A stretch of 64,000 bases of DNA. Source: Candidatus Eremiobacteria bacterium. GTDB lineage: Bacteria; Vulcanimicrobiota; Vulcanimicrobiia; Vulcanimicrobiales; Vulcanimicrobiaceae. A program made the translations under genes and the position numbers. The notes below the pieces were generated by a model that saw only the letters and a program-made list of their open reading frames with translations, searched no databases and was not told the origin of the DNA. This document shows, in pieces, positions 18,796-27,949 of the stretch; within the stretch, counting starts at the first letter, position 1, and every line of letters begins with the position of its first letter. The stretch is taken from NCBI GenBank assembly GCA_963758295.1, contig CAVWUU010000001.1, positions 736,001 through 800,000 on the forward strand, read 5' to 3'.

Positions 18796-21243
18796 ATGGG
18801 GCCCAGCTATGACGCACAGCGGAACGAATTTTGCGCGTATGTCGTTCCGGAATCACAAACGCCCTACGGCCTGCTTCTCGGCAACTATAAAGCCTACGCG
18901 CAATCGACCGCGAAGGGCGGTGTGCGCGGGCTTTGGGACGCCGATACGGACCAGATTATTTTCGGAACGCACCAAATTGCGTACCGGATAGCCGATGGCC
19001 AGCAGACGCTCTTTCCGCATCAAATCACGCGCGAATTTACGTTCTTGCCGTACGCGCAGATTTCGGAGTTCACGCTCGAGCATCGCATACACGTAACGGA
19101 AGCCTTCTTCGTGCCCCACGGCGCGGCGTTCGATCGCACGGTCGCGTTCGTGCTGGACGTGACGCTCTACAACCCGGGCGGGACCGAAGTCGAAGTCGCG
19201 GTTTTTCCTTGGGCGATGCTGGTCGGCCAGCGTTTCTACGGCGAACCGGAACATGAAGTTACGGCCTGGTCCGAAGGGCGCTTCATCTGTTCTCGCAACG
19301 TTGAAACGGGCGCGGAACGGTGGTGGGGCGGATCGCGAGAACCGGTCGCGGTGGAGCTCTCGCTCCGCGAGCAGGTACTGCTCGAAAACATGCGCCGGTC
19401 GACGCTCGTGCCTGAAGACGTACCGGGGTTCGGCCACGTAACGCCGGAGCTGGCAAAGTTTGTCAGCCGCCGCATTTTCGGCGCATTCGAGTATCGCATC
19501 AAAGTGCCGCCCGGATCGCGCGAGTCGTTGCGTCTTTCCGTCGTCTATCATAAGGACGGAACGGATCGCAGCCGTCCGGTCCTGGAGCGTTTGCTCGCCG
19601 ATAAGCGCGCGCTGCACGACACACAGCGCTATTACGGGACGCGCCTCGCCGACGCGCGGTTTATGACGCCTTCGCCGACGATCAGCCGCGGCGTCGTCTG
19701 GGCGAAAGCCAACATGTTGCGCATCGTCAAGGATTATCCGCACGGCTGGGGGTCGACGAATTCGCCGCCGTCGGACATTTTGGTTTCGAGGGACACGTCT
19801 TGGTTCGTGCACGGGTTCGACTATTTCTGGCCGCAGTTCAGCCGCGACGCTCTCGAGGTCTTCAATTCCTTCGTCGACGAGTCAGGACTGATGATCGAGT
19901 ACGTGCGCGGGGTGAACGGCTACAAGACCGCGTACGATCTGAACATCAACGACGACACGCCGTTGCATTTGATTGCCATGTTGCATCATTACAACGCAAC
20001 GCTCGACGATTCGTGGGTTCGCGAACGGCTTGCACTCATCGTAAAGATTACGGATTACATGATGACGCAGGTCGACGATCAGGGGCTATTGTTCTGCAAG
20101 GCCAAGGGCGTCGACATGTACGGCATCTCGTCGTGGCGCAACATTATCCCGTACTACACGCTCGACGGCGCGGTGACGGAAATTAATGCCGAAGGCGTAT
20201 ATGCGCTTGAAGCGGCGGCGATGCTGTGCGCGGTGGCCGGCGACAACGAGCACTGGGAGAAGTACTCGCAGCAAGCGCAGCAGCTGCGCAAAGCGATGAT
20301 GGACTATCTATTCAACGACGACACCGGCGCGTTCGTGCTGAACTACGATCAGGATCGCAACTATCAGGATAACTTCACCGCCGACGAAGTGTTCCCAGTC
20401 CTCTTCAATGTTGCCAATCCCGATCAGCGACGCGCGATCTTAAAGCGGCTGCTGGAAGCGGATTTCGTGACGCCGGTAGGGCTGCGCACCATTTCGACGG
20501 CCGACTCCTGGTATTTTCCGTCGTATGGCTTCGGCTTGCTCGGCGGTATTTGGCCCGATCTCACGTTGTGGTTCGCCTACGCACTTGCGCGCAACGGCTT
20601 CGTGGACGACAGCGCGCATTTCTTGAGCGTCGTATATGAAACAATGGAAGGCGGAAGCCCGCGCAACACCGTTCCCGGCGAGTTCGGTGAATGGTTCGAC
20701 GGCGGCTCGCTTTCGAATCGGGGCATGTATCTTTCGCCGTGGACCGGCGCCAAATACATTTGGGCGGTTGCCGAAACGATCGGCGGACTCGATGGCTACC
20801 GTACCAGCGGAAGACCGCATCTCGTGCCGTTGCGTGTGAAAGGCTGGCAGTGGATGGCGGCCGGTTCCGTGCACTGGGGCGGACGGCGGTGCAGCTACAT
20901 CATCGATCTAAAGAACGATACGATCTACGGCGACATGCCGGAGCTTTCGGCGGAAGAGCCGTTTACGTGCATTTACGCGGGACACGACGTGAGCCGGGAA
21001 GTGATGATATCACCGGTGGAAGTGGGCGCGCTTGCGTTCGAAGACGACAACGGCGCCGTTCGAATTTTCGTCTGCAACATGATGGATCGCGAGCGCAACG
21101 TACTCGTGGAGTTTCGGGGTCACACTGCGCGGGTGGAGATGGCGGCAGGCGAACTTCGCGAGGTGCATTTGATCGGCGAGCCGACCGACCGTAAAGCGCG
21201 AGCGAAGAAACTCGACGTCGTCCCGGCAATGACGCGCGCTTAG
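18796..21243 (+). CDS. Large cytoplasmic (alpha/alpha)6-barrel glycoside hydrolase, amylo-alpha-1,6-glucosidase-like
   Basis: SRDTSW, NDDTPL, EINA, PVGLRTIS, GGIWP, GEWFD motifs; no signal peptide. Exact GH family not assigned. Confidence 0.7.
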   Translation: MGPSYDAQRNEFCAYVVPESQTPYGLLLGNYKAYAQSTAKGGVRGLWDADTDQIIFGTHQIAYRIADGQQTLFPHQITREFTFLPYAQISEFTLEHRIHVTEAFFVPHGAAFDRTVAFVLDVTLYNPGGTEVEVAVFPWAMLVGQRFYGEPEHEVTAWSEGRFICSRNVETGAERWWGGSREPVAVELSLREQVLLENMRRSTLVPEDVPGFGHVTPELAKFVSRRIFGAFEYRIKVPPGSRESLRLSVVYHKDGTDRSRPVLERLLADKRALHDTQRYYGTRLADARFMTPSPTISRGVVWAKANMLRIVKDYPHGWGSTNSPPSDILVSRDTSWFVHGFDYFWPQFSRDALEVFNSFVDESGLMIEYVRGVNGYKTAYDLNINDDTPLHLIAMLHHYNATLDDSWVRERLALIVKITDYMMTQVDDQGLLFCKAKGVDMYGISSWRNIIPYYTLDGAVTEINAEGVYALEAAAMLCAVAGDNEHWEKYSQQAQQLRKAMMDYLFNDDTGAFVLNYDQDRNYQDNFTADEVFPVLFNVANPDQRRAILKRLLEADFVTPVGLRTISTADSWYFPSYGFGLLGGIWPDLTLWFAYALARNGFVDDSAHFLSVVYETMEGGSPRNTVPGEFGEWFDGGSLSNRGMYLSPWTGAKYIWAVAETIGGLDGYRTSGRPHLVPLRVKGWQWMAAGSVHWGGRRCSYIIDLKNDTIYGDMPELSAEEPFTCIYAGHDVSREVMISPVEVGALAFEDDNGAVRIFVCNMMDRERNVLVEFRGHTARVEMAAGELREVHLIGEPTDRKARAKKLDVVPAMTRA

Positions 21244-21244
21244 C

Positions 21245-22144
21245 GTGATCGTCGACCCGCTCGCCGGCGATCGTACGCTCCTCGGCATGACGCGCGCTGC
21301 GCGTCCCGACGAGTATCGCGACGGTAGCGCCGAGCGGTGTCCGTTCTGTCCCGGAAACGAAGACGAAACGCCGCCGACGATCGCTGCGAAACTTGAAAGC
21401 GGCGGCGCGTGGGTGGCGCGCGCGTTCGCAAATCGGTATCCGGCGATCGCCGAACCGAACGGCGAGCACGAAGTCATCGTCGATTCGCCTTCGCACGATC
21501 GGGAAACGACCACCGAAGGATTCGAACTGTGGCACGAGCGCTATGTGGCGGCGGTGAAGCGCGAGCGTGCCGCCGTTCCCGTGCTGTTCAAAAATCGCGG
21601 TGCGGCCGCGGGCGCCACAATTGTCCATCCGCACGCCCAGCTGATCGTCGTCCGCTCCGAAGTGCCGCGTTTCTCGGCCATGCGGGCGCTTGGCATAGCG
21701 TATTTTGAACGCGAGGGAGAATGCGGCTGGTGCCAAGAGCTGCTAAGGAGTGCCCTTTGCGGAGGAACAGTGGCAGAGACTGAACGCGCGGTGATGTACG
21801 CCCGGCCGGAATCGCGTTTCGGCAACGCCGTGGTTGTTTCGCCACGCAGTTGTGCGCCCTCGATCGATCGAGCCGGCAAAGCGGCGTGGCTGTCAGCCTG
21901 CTCGCTGCTGGATCTGGCGATCCGAGCACTGACCAACGCGCGCGGAGAATCCGCTTCCTATAACGTGCTCGTGGCAAGCGATCCGCTCGCTGCTGTTTCG
22001 ACGATGCACTGGCACCTGGAACTCGTACCTCGTTCGTCGGCACTGGCCGGTTTCGAACTGGCCAGCGGTATGTACATCAAGACGCAGCAGGAGTCGGTGG
22101 AAGCGTGGCGCCGAATGATAGCCGTCCTCGATGGACCCATCTAA
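21245..22144 (+). CDS. GalT-like hexose-1-phosphate nucleotidyltransferase
   Basis: CPFCPGNE, NRYPA, HEVIVDSP, catalytic GATIVHPHAQ, HWHLELVPR, AGFELASG. Confidence 0.85.
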   Translation: MIVDPLAGDRTLLGMTRAARPDEYRDGSAERCPFCPGNEDETPPTIAAKLESGGAWVARAFANRYPAIAEPNGEHEVIVDSPSHDRETTTEGFELWHERYVAAVKRERAAVPVLFKNRGAAAGATIVHPHAQLIVVRSEVPRFSAMRALGIAYFEREGECGWCQELLRSALCGGTVAETERAVMYARPESRFGNAVVVSPRSCAPSIDRAGKAAWLSACSLLDLAIRALTNARGESASYNVLVASDPLAAVSTMHWHLELVPRSSALAGFELASGMYIKTQQESVEAWRRMIAVLDGPI

Positions 22145-22583
22145 ACGTTTTATAACCCTCGTGCTCGCGGCCGGCGTGCTCGTTCTGATCGCGGCGATCG
22201 CGCTTGGCGAACACATGGGAAATCGCGTGCTCGGCGAGGCCTCAAGCTCCGGTCCCCAGGCAATGCCGGTCGTTTCGCCGGTTCCGACCTCGACCGCGGG
22301 TCCGTTCGGTCCCGATTGGAAGAGGATGCAAACGCTGGCGGCCGCGCCCGATCCGAACTTTCCGGATCCGCGCGTTCCGCCGAAGCCGCTGCCGACGCTC
22401 AGCCCGACACCTAAGCCGACGCCGTCACCGAAGCCGAAACGTACCTATAATCCAAATCTGCCGGTCTGGGATCAAGCGCCGTTCGCAACCCTGGTGCCCA
22501 GCTCTCCGCCTAGCGCCCAACCGAGCGTTAGTTCCTCCCCGGAAGCGGGAACGAACTCAGGGGAAGCTACGCCTCAACCTTAG
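22131..22583 (+). CDS. Hypothetical membrane-anchored Pro/Ser/Thr-rich protein
   Basis: N-terminal hydrophobic helix followed by PTPKPTPSP-type low complexity. Confidence 0.65.
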   Translation: MDPSKRFITLVLAAGVLVLIAAIALGEHMGNRVLGEASSSGPQAMPVVSPVPTSTAGPFGPDWKRMQTLAAAPDPNFPDPRVPPKPLPTLSPTPKPTPSPKPKRTYNPNLPVWDQAPFATLVPSSPPSAQPSVSSSPEAGTNSGEATPQP

Positions 22584-22623
22584 CCGGGGCGTGCCGCAAC
22601 GTCTCGGCTAAGCCGAGTGTTGT

Positions 22624-22669
22624 CCCTAATGTCTCCATTGGAATCGCCTGATACGATAGAGACATAGGG
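22624..22669 (+). promoter_or_regulatory. Extended -10 (TGaTACGAT) bracketed by an inverted repeat upstream of pdxS
   Basis: CCCTAATGTCTC at 22624-22635 and GAGACATAGGG at 22659-22669 flank TG-A-TACGAT at 22649-22657. Confidence 0.45.
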
Positions 22670-22703
22670 CGCTTTTTGCCCCTTTCCGGGAGAGTAATTA
22701 ATC

Positions 22704-23600
22704 GTGGCAGATCAACAGAAGGGTACCGTTACCGTCAAACGCGGCCTGGCGCAGATGCTTAAGGGCGGCGTGATCATGGACGTCGTGACGCCGGAGCAGG
22801 CCGTCGTGGCGCAAGAAGCCGGTGCGGTTGCCGTTATGGCGCTCGAACGCATTCCGTCGGACATCCGTGCGATGGGCGGCGTCGCGCGCATGAGCTCGAT
22901 CGAACTGATTCAAGGCATCATGGACGCGGTCACCATTCCGGTGATGGCCAAAATTCGCATCGGCCACTTCGCCGAAGCGCAAGTTCTCCAGTCGATCGGC
23001 GTCGATTACATCGACGAGTCCGAAGTGCTGACCCCGGCCGACGATCTGTATCACGTCGACAAACACGAGTATACGACGCCGTTCGTTTGCGGCTCTCGCG
23101 ATCTCGGTGAAGCGCTGCGCCGCATCGCCGAAGGTGCCGCTATGATCCGCAGTAAGGGCGAAGCGGGAAGCGGCAACATCGTTGAAGCGGTTCGCCACAT
23201 TCGCGCGATTCGCGATGCCATCGCCTTGCTCACCGTTACGCCGAAAGAAGAACTTGTTGCGCGTGCGCGCGATCTCGGCGCGCCGCTCGAACTCGTTAAG
23301 GAAGTAGCGGAAACCGGGAAGCTCCCCGTCGTGCTGTTCTGCGCCGGCGGCGTTTCGACGCCCGCAGACGCGGCGCTCATGATGCAGCTCGGCGCCGAAG
23401 GCATCTTTGTCGGCAGCGGCATCTTCAAATCGAACGATCCGAAGCAGTTCGCGAAAGCGATCGTCGACGCGACGACGCACTTCAACGATCCGAAGATCAT
23501 TGCGGAAGCGTGCCGTTCGCTCGGCACGTCGGACGCGATGCCCGGAATCGACATCCGCAAGCTGCCCGAGTCTGAACTGCTCGCAACGCGCGGAAACTAA
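22704..23600 (+). CDS. pdxS: Pyridoxal 5'-phosphate synthase lyase subunit
   Basis: [43 protein letters not shown]. Confidence 0.98.
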   Translation: MADQQKGTVTVKRGLAQMLKGGVIMDVVTPEQAVVAQEAGAVAVMALERIPSDIRAMGGVARMSSIELIQGIMDAVTIPVMAKIRIGHFAEAQVLQSIGVDYIDESEVLTPADDLYHVDKHEYTTPFVCGSRDLGEALRRIAEGAAMIRSKGEAGSGNIVEAVRHIRAIRDAIALLTVTPKEELVARARDLGAPLELVKEVAETGKLPVVLFCAGGVSTPADAALMMQLGAEGIFVGSGIFKSNDPKQFAKAIVDATTHFNDPKIIAEACRSLGTSDAMPGIDIRKLPESELLATRGN

Positions 23601-23603
23601 GTC

Positions 23604-24218
23604 GTGAACGCTCCGGTAGTCGGCGTGTTGGCTCTGCAAGGCGATGTGGTAGAACACCTCGCCGCGTTGCAGCGCGCCGGCGGGGAAGCCATTGCCGTTA
23701 AGACGCTGGACGATTTGAACCGTGTCGACGGGTTGGTGATTCCCGGTGGCGAGTCTACCACGGTTATGAAACTGCTGGCGCGCTTCCAGCTCGGCCAACC
23801 GATCCGGGAGCGCGTTCGTGCGGGAATGCCTTTATGGGGCACCTGCATGGGCATGATCGTCGCGGCGCACGACGTGGCGGGCCTCGAGCAACCGACGCTG
23901 GATTTGATCGACATAACCGTTCGGCGCAATGCTTTTGGACGGCAGAACGAGTCGACCGAGGTTGACATGTTCATTCCGGCGCTAGGAGAGCGGCCGTTTC
24001 CCGCCGTCTTCATTCGCGCGCCATGGATAGAACGCGCCGGCCCGGCAGTCGAAGTGCTGGCCGAGCGAAACGGCTATGGCGTGATGGTTCGTCAGGGGCG
24101 CGTCCTCGGAACGGCCTTCCATCCCGAACTGACGCAAGACTCGCGCGTCCACGCGTACTTCTTGAAACTCGTCGAAGAAGCGAAAGCGAACGTAGGTAAT
24201 ACCTCTACCGCCGCGTAA
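23604..24218 (+). CDS. pdxT: Pyridoxal 5'-phosphate synthase glutaminase subunit
   Basis: GVLALQG, PGGESTT, GTCMG, RNAFGRQ, FIRAP, FHPEL. Confidence 0.97.
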   Translation: MNAPVVGVLALQGDVVEHLAALQRAGGEAIAVKTLDDLNRVDGLVIPGGESTTVMKLLARFQLGQPIRERVRAGMPLWGTCMGMIVAAHDVAGLEQPTLDLIDITVRRNAFGRQNESTEVDMFIPALGERPFPAVFIRAPWIERAGPAVEVLAERNGYGVMVRQGRVLGTAFHPELTQDSRVHAYFLKLVEEAKANVGNTSTAA

Positions 24219-24230
24219 CTCTTCGCTCAA

Positions 24231-24521
24231 ATGAGTCCGCAGGCGGCGAACCCCGGCGTCGAAACGTCTGGATTCCAAGGGCAGATCCCCGCGCTGGAGC
24301 CGTTGCTCACAGAAGTGATCGCGACGCTGGCTTTAGCGGCGCATGCGTACCTGACGGACGACGACGGAAAACAACCCGACTTTCCCTCTGCCGAAGCGGC
24401 GATCGACGTCGCTAGTGCAGCATTCGAACGCGTGAAAGAAAGGTTGCGGCCCGACGAAAGGTTAGCCATCACTCAGATGCTGACCGAGACTAGAATGACG
24501 TTTGTAAGGAAGCGAGGCTGA
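24231..24521 (+). CDS. Small helical hypothetical protein (possibly DUF1844-like)
   Basis: Fills the gap after pdxT; LALAAHAYL...AEAAID...RMTFV pattern. Family call is tentative. Confidence 0.6.
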   Translation: MSPQAANPGVETSGFQGQIPALEPLLTEVIATLALAAHAYLTDDDGKQPDFPSAEAAIDVASAAFERVKERLRPDERLAITQMLTETRMTFVRKRG

Positions 24522-24579
24522 TGTTGCCTCGCTTTCTTCATTTTTTGCCATCGCCCACTCGACTTATTGGAGGCCAATA

Positions 24580-25107
24580 GTGAGCGACGTGCTCGTCCTG
24601 AATTTCACCTACGAAGCGCTGAACATTACAAGTTTCCAGCGTGCCGTGAAGTTGCTCTTCAGCGGCAAAGCCGAGATCGTTCACAACCGCGACCGTATTC
24701 TCGCGTCGACGAAATACGAGATGCGCATGCCGTCGATCATCCGGATGCTGTACTACATCCGCCGGCCAATGCAGAAGGTCGCGCTAACGAAGAAGAACGT
24801 GCTGATTCGCGACGATCACACGTGTCAGTACTGTGGAATTCGCGGCGAAAAACTCATGACCGTCGATCACGTCGTCCCGCGCAGCCGCGGCGGCCCTTCG
24901 ACTTGGGAGAATCTCGTGTGCGCGTGCATGCGGTGCAACAACCGCAAGAACAACCGCACGCCGGACGAGGCCAACATGGCTATGAAACGCAAGCCTCGTC
25001 AACCGAAGTACATCCCCTGGATCCAGATCAAGCGCAACACTTTACCGGATGAATGGGGCAAGTTCTTATTCCTCTACAACGTCTCCATCGAAGAACGCGT
25101 CGAATAG
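24580..25107 (+). CDS. HNH endonuclease (McrA-like, zinc-binding)
   Basis: VLVLN, RDDHTCQYCG, TVDHVVPRSRGG, WENLVCACMRCNNRK; GGAGG RBS. Confidence 0.93.
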   Translation: MSDVLVLNFTYEALNITSFQRAVKLLFSGKAEIVHNRDRILASTKYEMRMPSIIRMLYYIRRPMQKVALTKKNVLIRDDHTCQYCGIRGEKLMTVDHVVPRSRGGPSTWENLVCACMRCNNRKNNRTPDEANMAMKRKPRQPKYIPWIQIKRNTLPDEWGKFLFLYNVSIEERVE

Positions 25108-25112
25108 CCCCC

Positions 25113-25248
25113 CGTCATCCTAAGCTTGTCGAAGGACAGACGCCTATCACCCCATGCTTTTATAGACGACACGAGAGCCGCAAGTTTCGCGGCTCTCACC
25201 TTTTGCAGTGCCTGGATGCCCCCGTCCTTCGACACGCTCAGGATGACG
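25113..25248. repeat. CGTC-tagged REP-like inverted dimer (136 bp) with an internal hairpin
   Basis: CGTCATCCTAAGCTTGTCGAAGGAC ... GTCCTTCGACACGCTCAGGATGACG; internal stem GAGAGCCGC/GCGGCTCTC at 25173-25197; related copies at 43796-43971. Confidence 0.8.
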
Positions 25249-26746
25249 AAGGTGCTGTCTGCGTGAGCGCAATGGCGTCGCAGAAGGCTTTGTTCCAAGC
25301 GGCTTCGACTCGTTCGGCGGTCGGCTTCTCCACGACCGACGCGACGCATCCGTCGGGTCGTACGACCAGGACCGCGGGAACTTTCAGATGCCAGCGCTTC
25401 GGCGGTACCGGGACGGCTATATGCGGAAGGCTAGTCGTAAAATCGCCTGAGACCACCAACGCGGCGTCGCCGCGCCGCCGTTCGTTGATCCGCGTTCCGT
25501 CTGCGAGCAGCAGATCGTCGATGCGCCTGCCGGCAAGCGGATGATGATTGTCTACGATCGGCGATTTCGTGTAGCGTCCGCCGAGCATGCTCATCGCCCG
25601 GCAGAGCTTGCGTTGCATTCCGCGGCCCCGCACTGCTCGTGACACCGTGCGCACGACGAGCTGTCTCGTTCGCGCGGAAAATCCGAGCCCCACACGCGTA
25701 AGGCGATCGGTATACCGTTCGATGGTGTCGGTCACCATCTCGCGGCGTTCTATATCGTAACTTTCCCACAGCGCCGCGCCGTCACCGCGCCCGCCGAGCG
25801 CGTAGGCGACTTTCCATGCGAGGTTGGCCGCGTCTTGAATGCCGGCGTTCATGCCCTGGCCGCCTGCCGGACTGTTCACGTGCGCGGCGTCGCCGGCGAG
25901 CGCGACTCGTCCAACGATGAATCGTTGCGCTTGACGCCGGTGAATCTTGAAAAGACTTTTCCAAATCGTCGTCGTCTGAACGTCTCCGCCAAAAAGCTCG
26001 CGAAGACGAACGCGGTGCGTTTCTTCCGAGAGTGTCGATTCGTCGAGCTCCTCGCTGCCGACCGATGCAATAATACGCCATAAATTCGGCGCAAATCGCA
26101 CCGCGGCGCGAATTCCGGGCCGATCGAGGCGCGCGCGCATCCGCACGCCGTCAGGACAATCGCCCTCGATGCGTTCGTCGCTCAACACGATGCGCGAATC
26201 GTACGTGACTCCTTCGAGCGACATGCCGATAGCGGAGCGTACGATACCCTGGGCACCGTCGCAGCCGACGACGTACCGAGCTTCCAACGCGCCGTCGCCT
26301 GTCGCATTCGTGAAGGTGACCCGTGCGCTCTCCTCGCTCTGCTTGATGCCGGTCGCTTCGACTCCGGTGCGTAGCTCGCACAACGGACTCGCATTGACTA
26401 GCTCGCGCAACACACGTTCGGTTTCATTCTGCGGAAGAATCAGCATTCCGGGCGAATTCACAACTTCGGTAAGAACGTCAAAATCGACGGCAATGAGGTC
26501 GCGTCCCGTGCGCACATTGATTGCGGTAAACTGGGTGACGAACTCCCCGGCTGCTCGCAGCGAATCGTAAACGTTCCAGTCGCGGAGAATTTCGAGCGTG
26601 CGAGGCCAAATCACGAGCGCGCGCGATTCCGGCGCCGGTGCGGCGTTGCGCTCCAACACGATCGAGCGGACTTCGCGGCGCGCCAAACCAAGCGCAAGCG
26701 AAAGCCCGACCGGACCTCCGCCGACGATGATTACCGGTGCGTCCAC
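25238..26746 (-). CDS. FAD-dependent monooxygenase (PHBH / FAD_binding_3-like)
   Basis: IIVGGGPVG, VGCDGA, LAGDAAHVNSPAGGQGMNAGIQDAANLAWK; GTG start at 26746. Confidence 0.9.
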   Translation of the reverse strand: MDAPVIIVGGGPVGLSLALGLARREVRSIVLERNAAPAPESRALVIWPRTLEILRDWNVYDSLRAAGEFVTQFTAINVRTGRDLIAVDFDVLTEVVNSPGMLILPQNETERVLRELVNASPLCELRTGVEATGIKQSEESARVTFTNATGDGALEARYVVGCDGAQGIVRSAIGMSLEGVTYDSRIVLSDERIEGDCPDGVRMRARLDRPGIRAAVRFAPNLWRIIASVGSEELDESTLSEETHRVRLRELFGGDVQTTTIWKSLFKIHRRQAQRFIVGRVALAGDAAHVNSPAGGQGMNAGIQDAANLAWKVAYALGGRGDGAALWESYDIERREMVTDTIERYTDRLTRVGLGFSARTRQLVVRTVSRAVRGRGMQRKLCRAMSMLGGRYTKSPIVDNHHPLAGRRIDDLLLADGTRINERRRGDAALVVSGDFTTSLPHIAVPVPPKRWHLKVPAVLVVRPDGCVASVVEKPTAERVEAAWNKAFCDAIALTQTAPSSS

Positions 26747-26764
26747 GCGAAAATTGCCGCTCTC

Positions 26765-27949
26765 ATGTTGCAGGTTGCTTCCCGCCTTTGGCTTCCGTTC
26801 ACTCAGATGCAGTCCTTCGACGCCGCGATGCGTACTTTTGTCGCCGGTGCGGGAACGACGCTCGTCGATTCGCGCGGAAACCGCGTTTACGATGCCGTCA
26901 GTTCCATTTGGACCACGATCCACGGCCACGGGCATCCCGCGATAGTCGATGCCATCGCGAAGCAGGCCGCGGAGCTCGATCACGCAACGACGCTCGGCGC
27001 CAGCAATCCGGTCGCCGAGGAGCTGGCTCAGGAACTTTGCCGCCTCACCGGGCTGGACTACGCTTTCTTTGCGAGCGACGGCGCCAGCGCCATCGAGGCA
27101 TCGCTGAAGATGGCGCTTCAATATTGGCAGCAAGCCGGCGAACCACAGCGCACGCGCTTCGTGCGCCTGGTGAATGCCTATCACGGCGACACGTCCGGCG
27201 CAATGAGTGTCTCGGATATCGCGGTTTTCAAGTCGCGTTTCGGCGCCGTGACGTTCGAAGCCATAGAATACGGCAACGCCGCCGAGCTGCAGGCACCCGA
27301 CGTAGCGGCCGTCATCGTCGAACCCTTGGTTCAGGCCGCCGCCGGCATGCAAGTTGTTCCGGCCGAAGCATATGCTGGACTGCGTGAGATCAAGCCGCTG
27401 TTAATCGTCGACGAAATTGCGACGGGGTTTGGACGCACCGGCACAATGTTCGCCTTCGAGCAGCTCGGGCTGGCGCCGGATTTATTGTGCGTGGGAAAAG
27501 GCCTTACCGGCGGAGCGCTCGCGCTTTCCGCGACGCTTGCGACCCAGCGAATTTACGATGCGTTTCTTGGCCCTTTCGAAGATCGCAAGCAATTCTTTCA
27601 CGGCCATTCCTATGCCGGTAACCCAATCGCGTGCGCTGCGGCTCTCGCATCGTTACGGCTCTTCGAAGCCGAGCACACACTAGAAAACGCGCGCGTTATC
27701 GGCGATCGTATCGCCGTGCAACTCGAAGTGCTTCGCGCGCACCGGTTGGTTCGCAGCGTGCGCGCTGCGGGAGCGATGGCGGGTATCGAAGTCGTCGAGG
27801 ACGGATGGCGGATCGCAAACGGGCTCTACGAGCGAGGGCATTTTACGCGGCCAATCGGTAACGTTATTCAGTTTGTGCCTCCGCTTTCTTCCAGCCTAAA
27901 CGAAGTCGACGATTTCTTCGGTGCATTGGGTGCGGAGCTCGGCGCATGA
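26765..27949 (+). CDS. bioA: 7,8-diaminononanoate (DAPA) aminotransferase
   Basis: LWLPFTQM, YHGDT, DEIATGFGRTG, VGKGLTGG, FFHGHSYAGNP. Confidence 0.93.
   Translation: MLQVASRLWLPFTQMQSFDAAMRTFVAGAGTTLVDSRGNRVYDAVSSIWTTIHGHGHPAIVDAIAKQAAELDHATTLGASNPVAEELAQELCRLTGLDYAFFASDGASAIEASLKMALQYWQQAGEPQRTRFVRLVNAYHGDTSGAMSVSDIAVFKSRFGAVTFEAIEYGNAAELQAPDVAAVIVEPLVQAAAGMQVVPAEAYAGLREIKPLLIVDEIATGFGRTGTMFAFEQLGLAPDLLCVGKGLTGGALALSATLATQRIYDAFLGPFEDRKQFFHGHSYAGNPIACAAALASLRLFEAEHTLENARVIGDRIAVQLEVLRAHRLVRSVRAAGAMAGIEVVEDGWRIANGLYERGHFTRPIGNVIQFVPPLSSSLNEVDDFFGALGAELGA

Noticed and set aside
26747..27352. N-terminal extension of the 704-aa monooxygenase ORF
   Set aside because: Antisense to bioA; the Rossmann motif begins right after GTG 26746.
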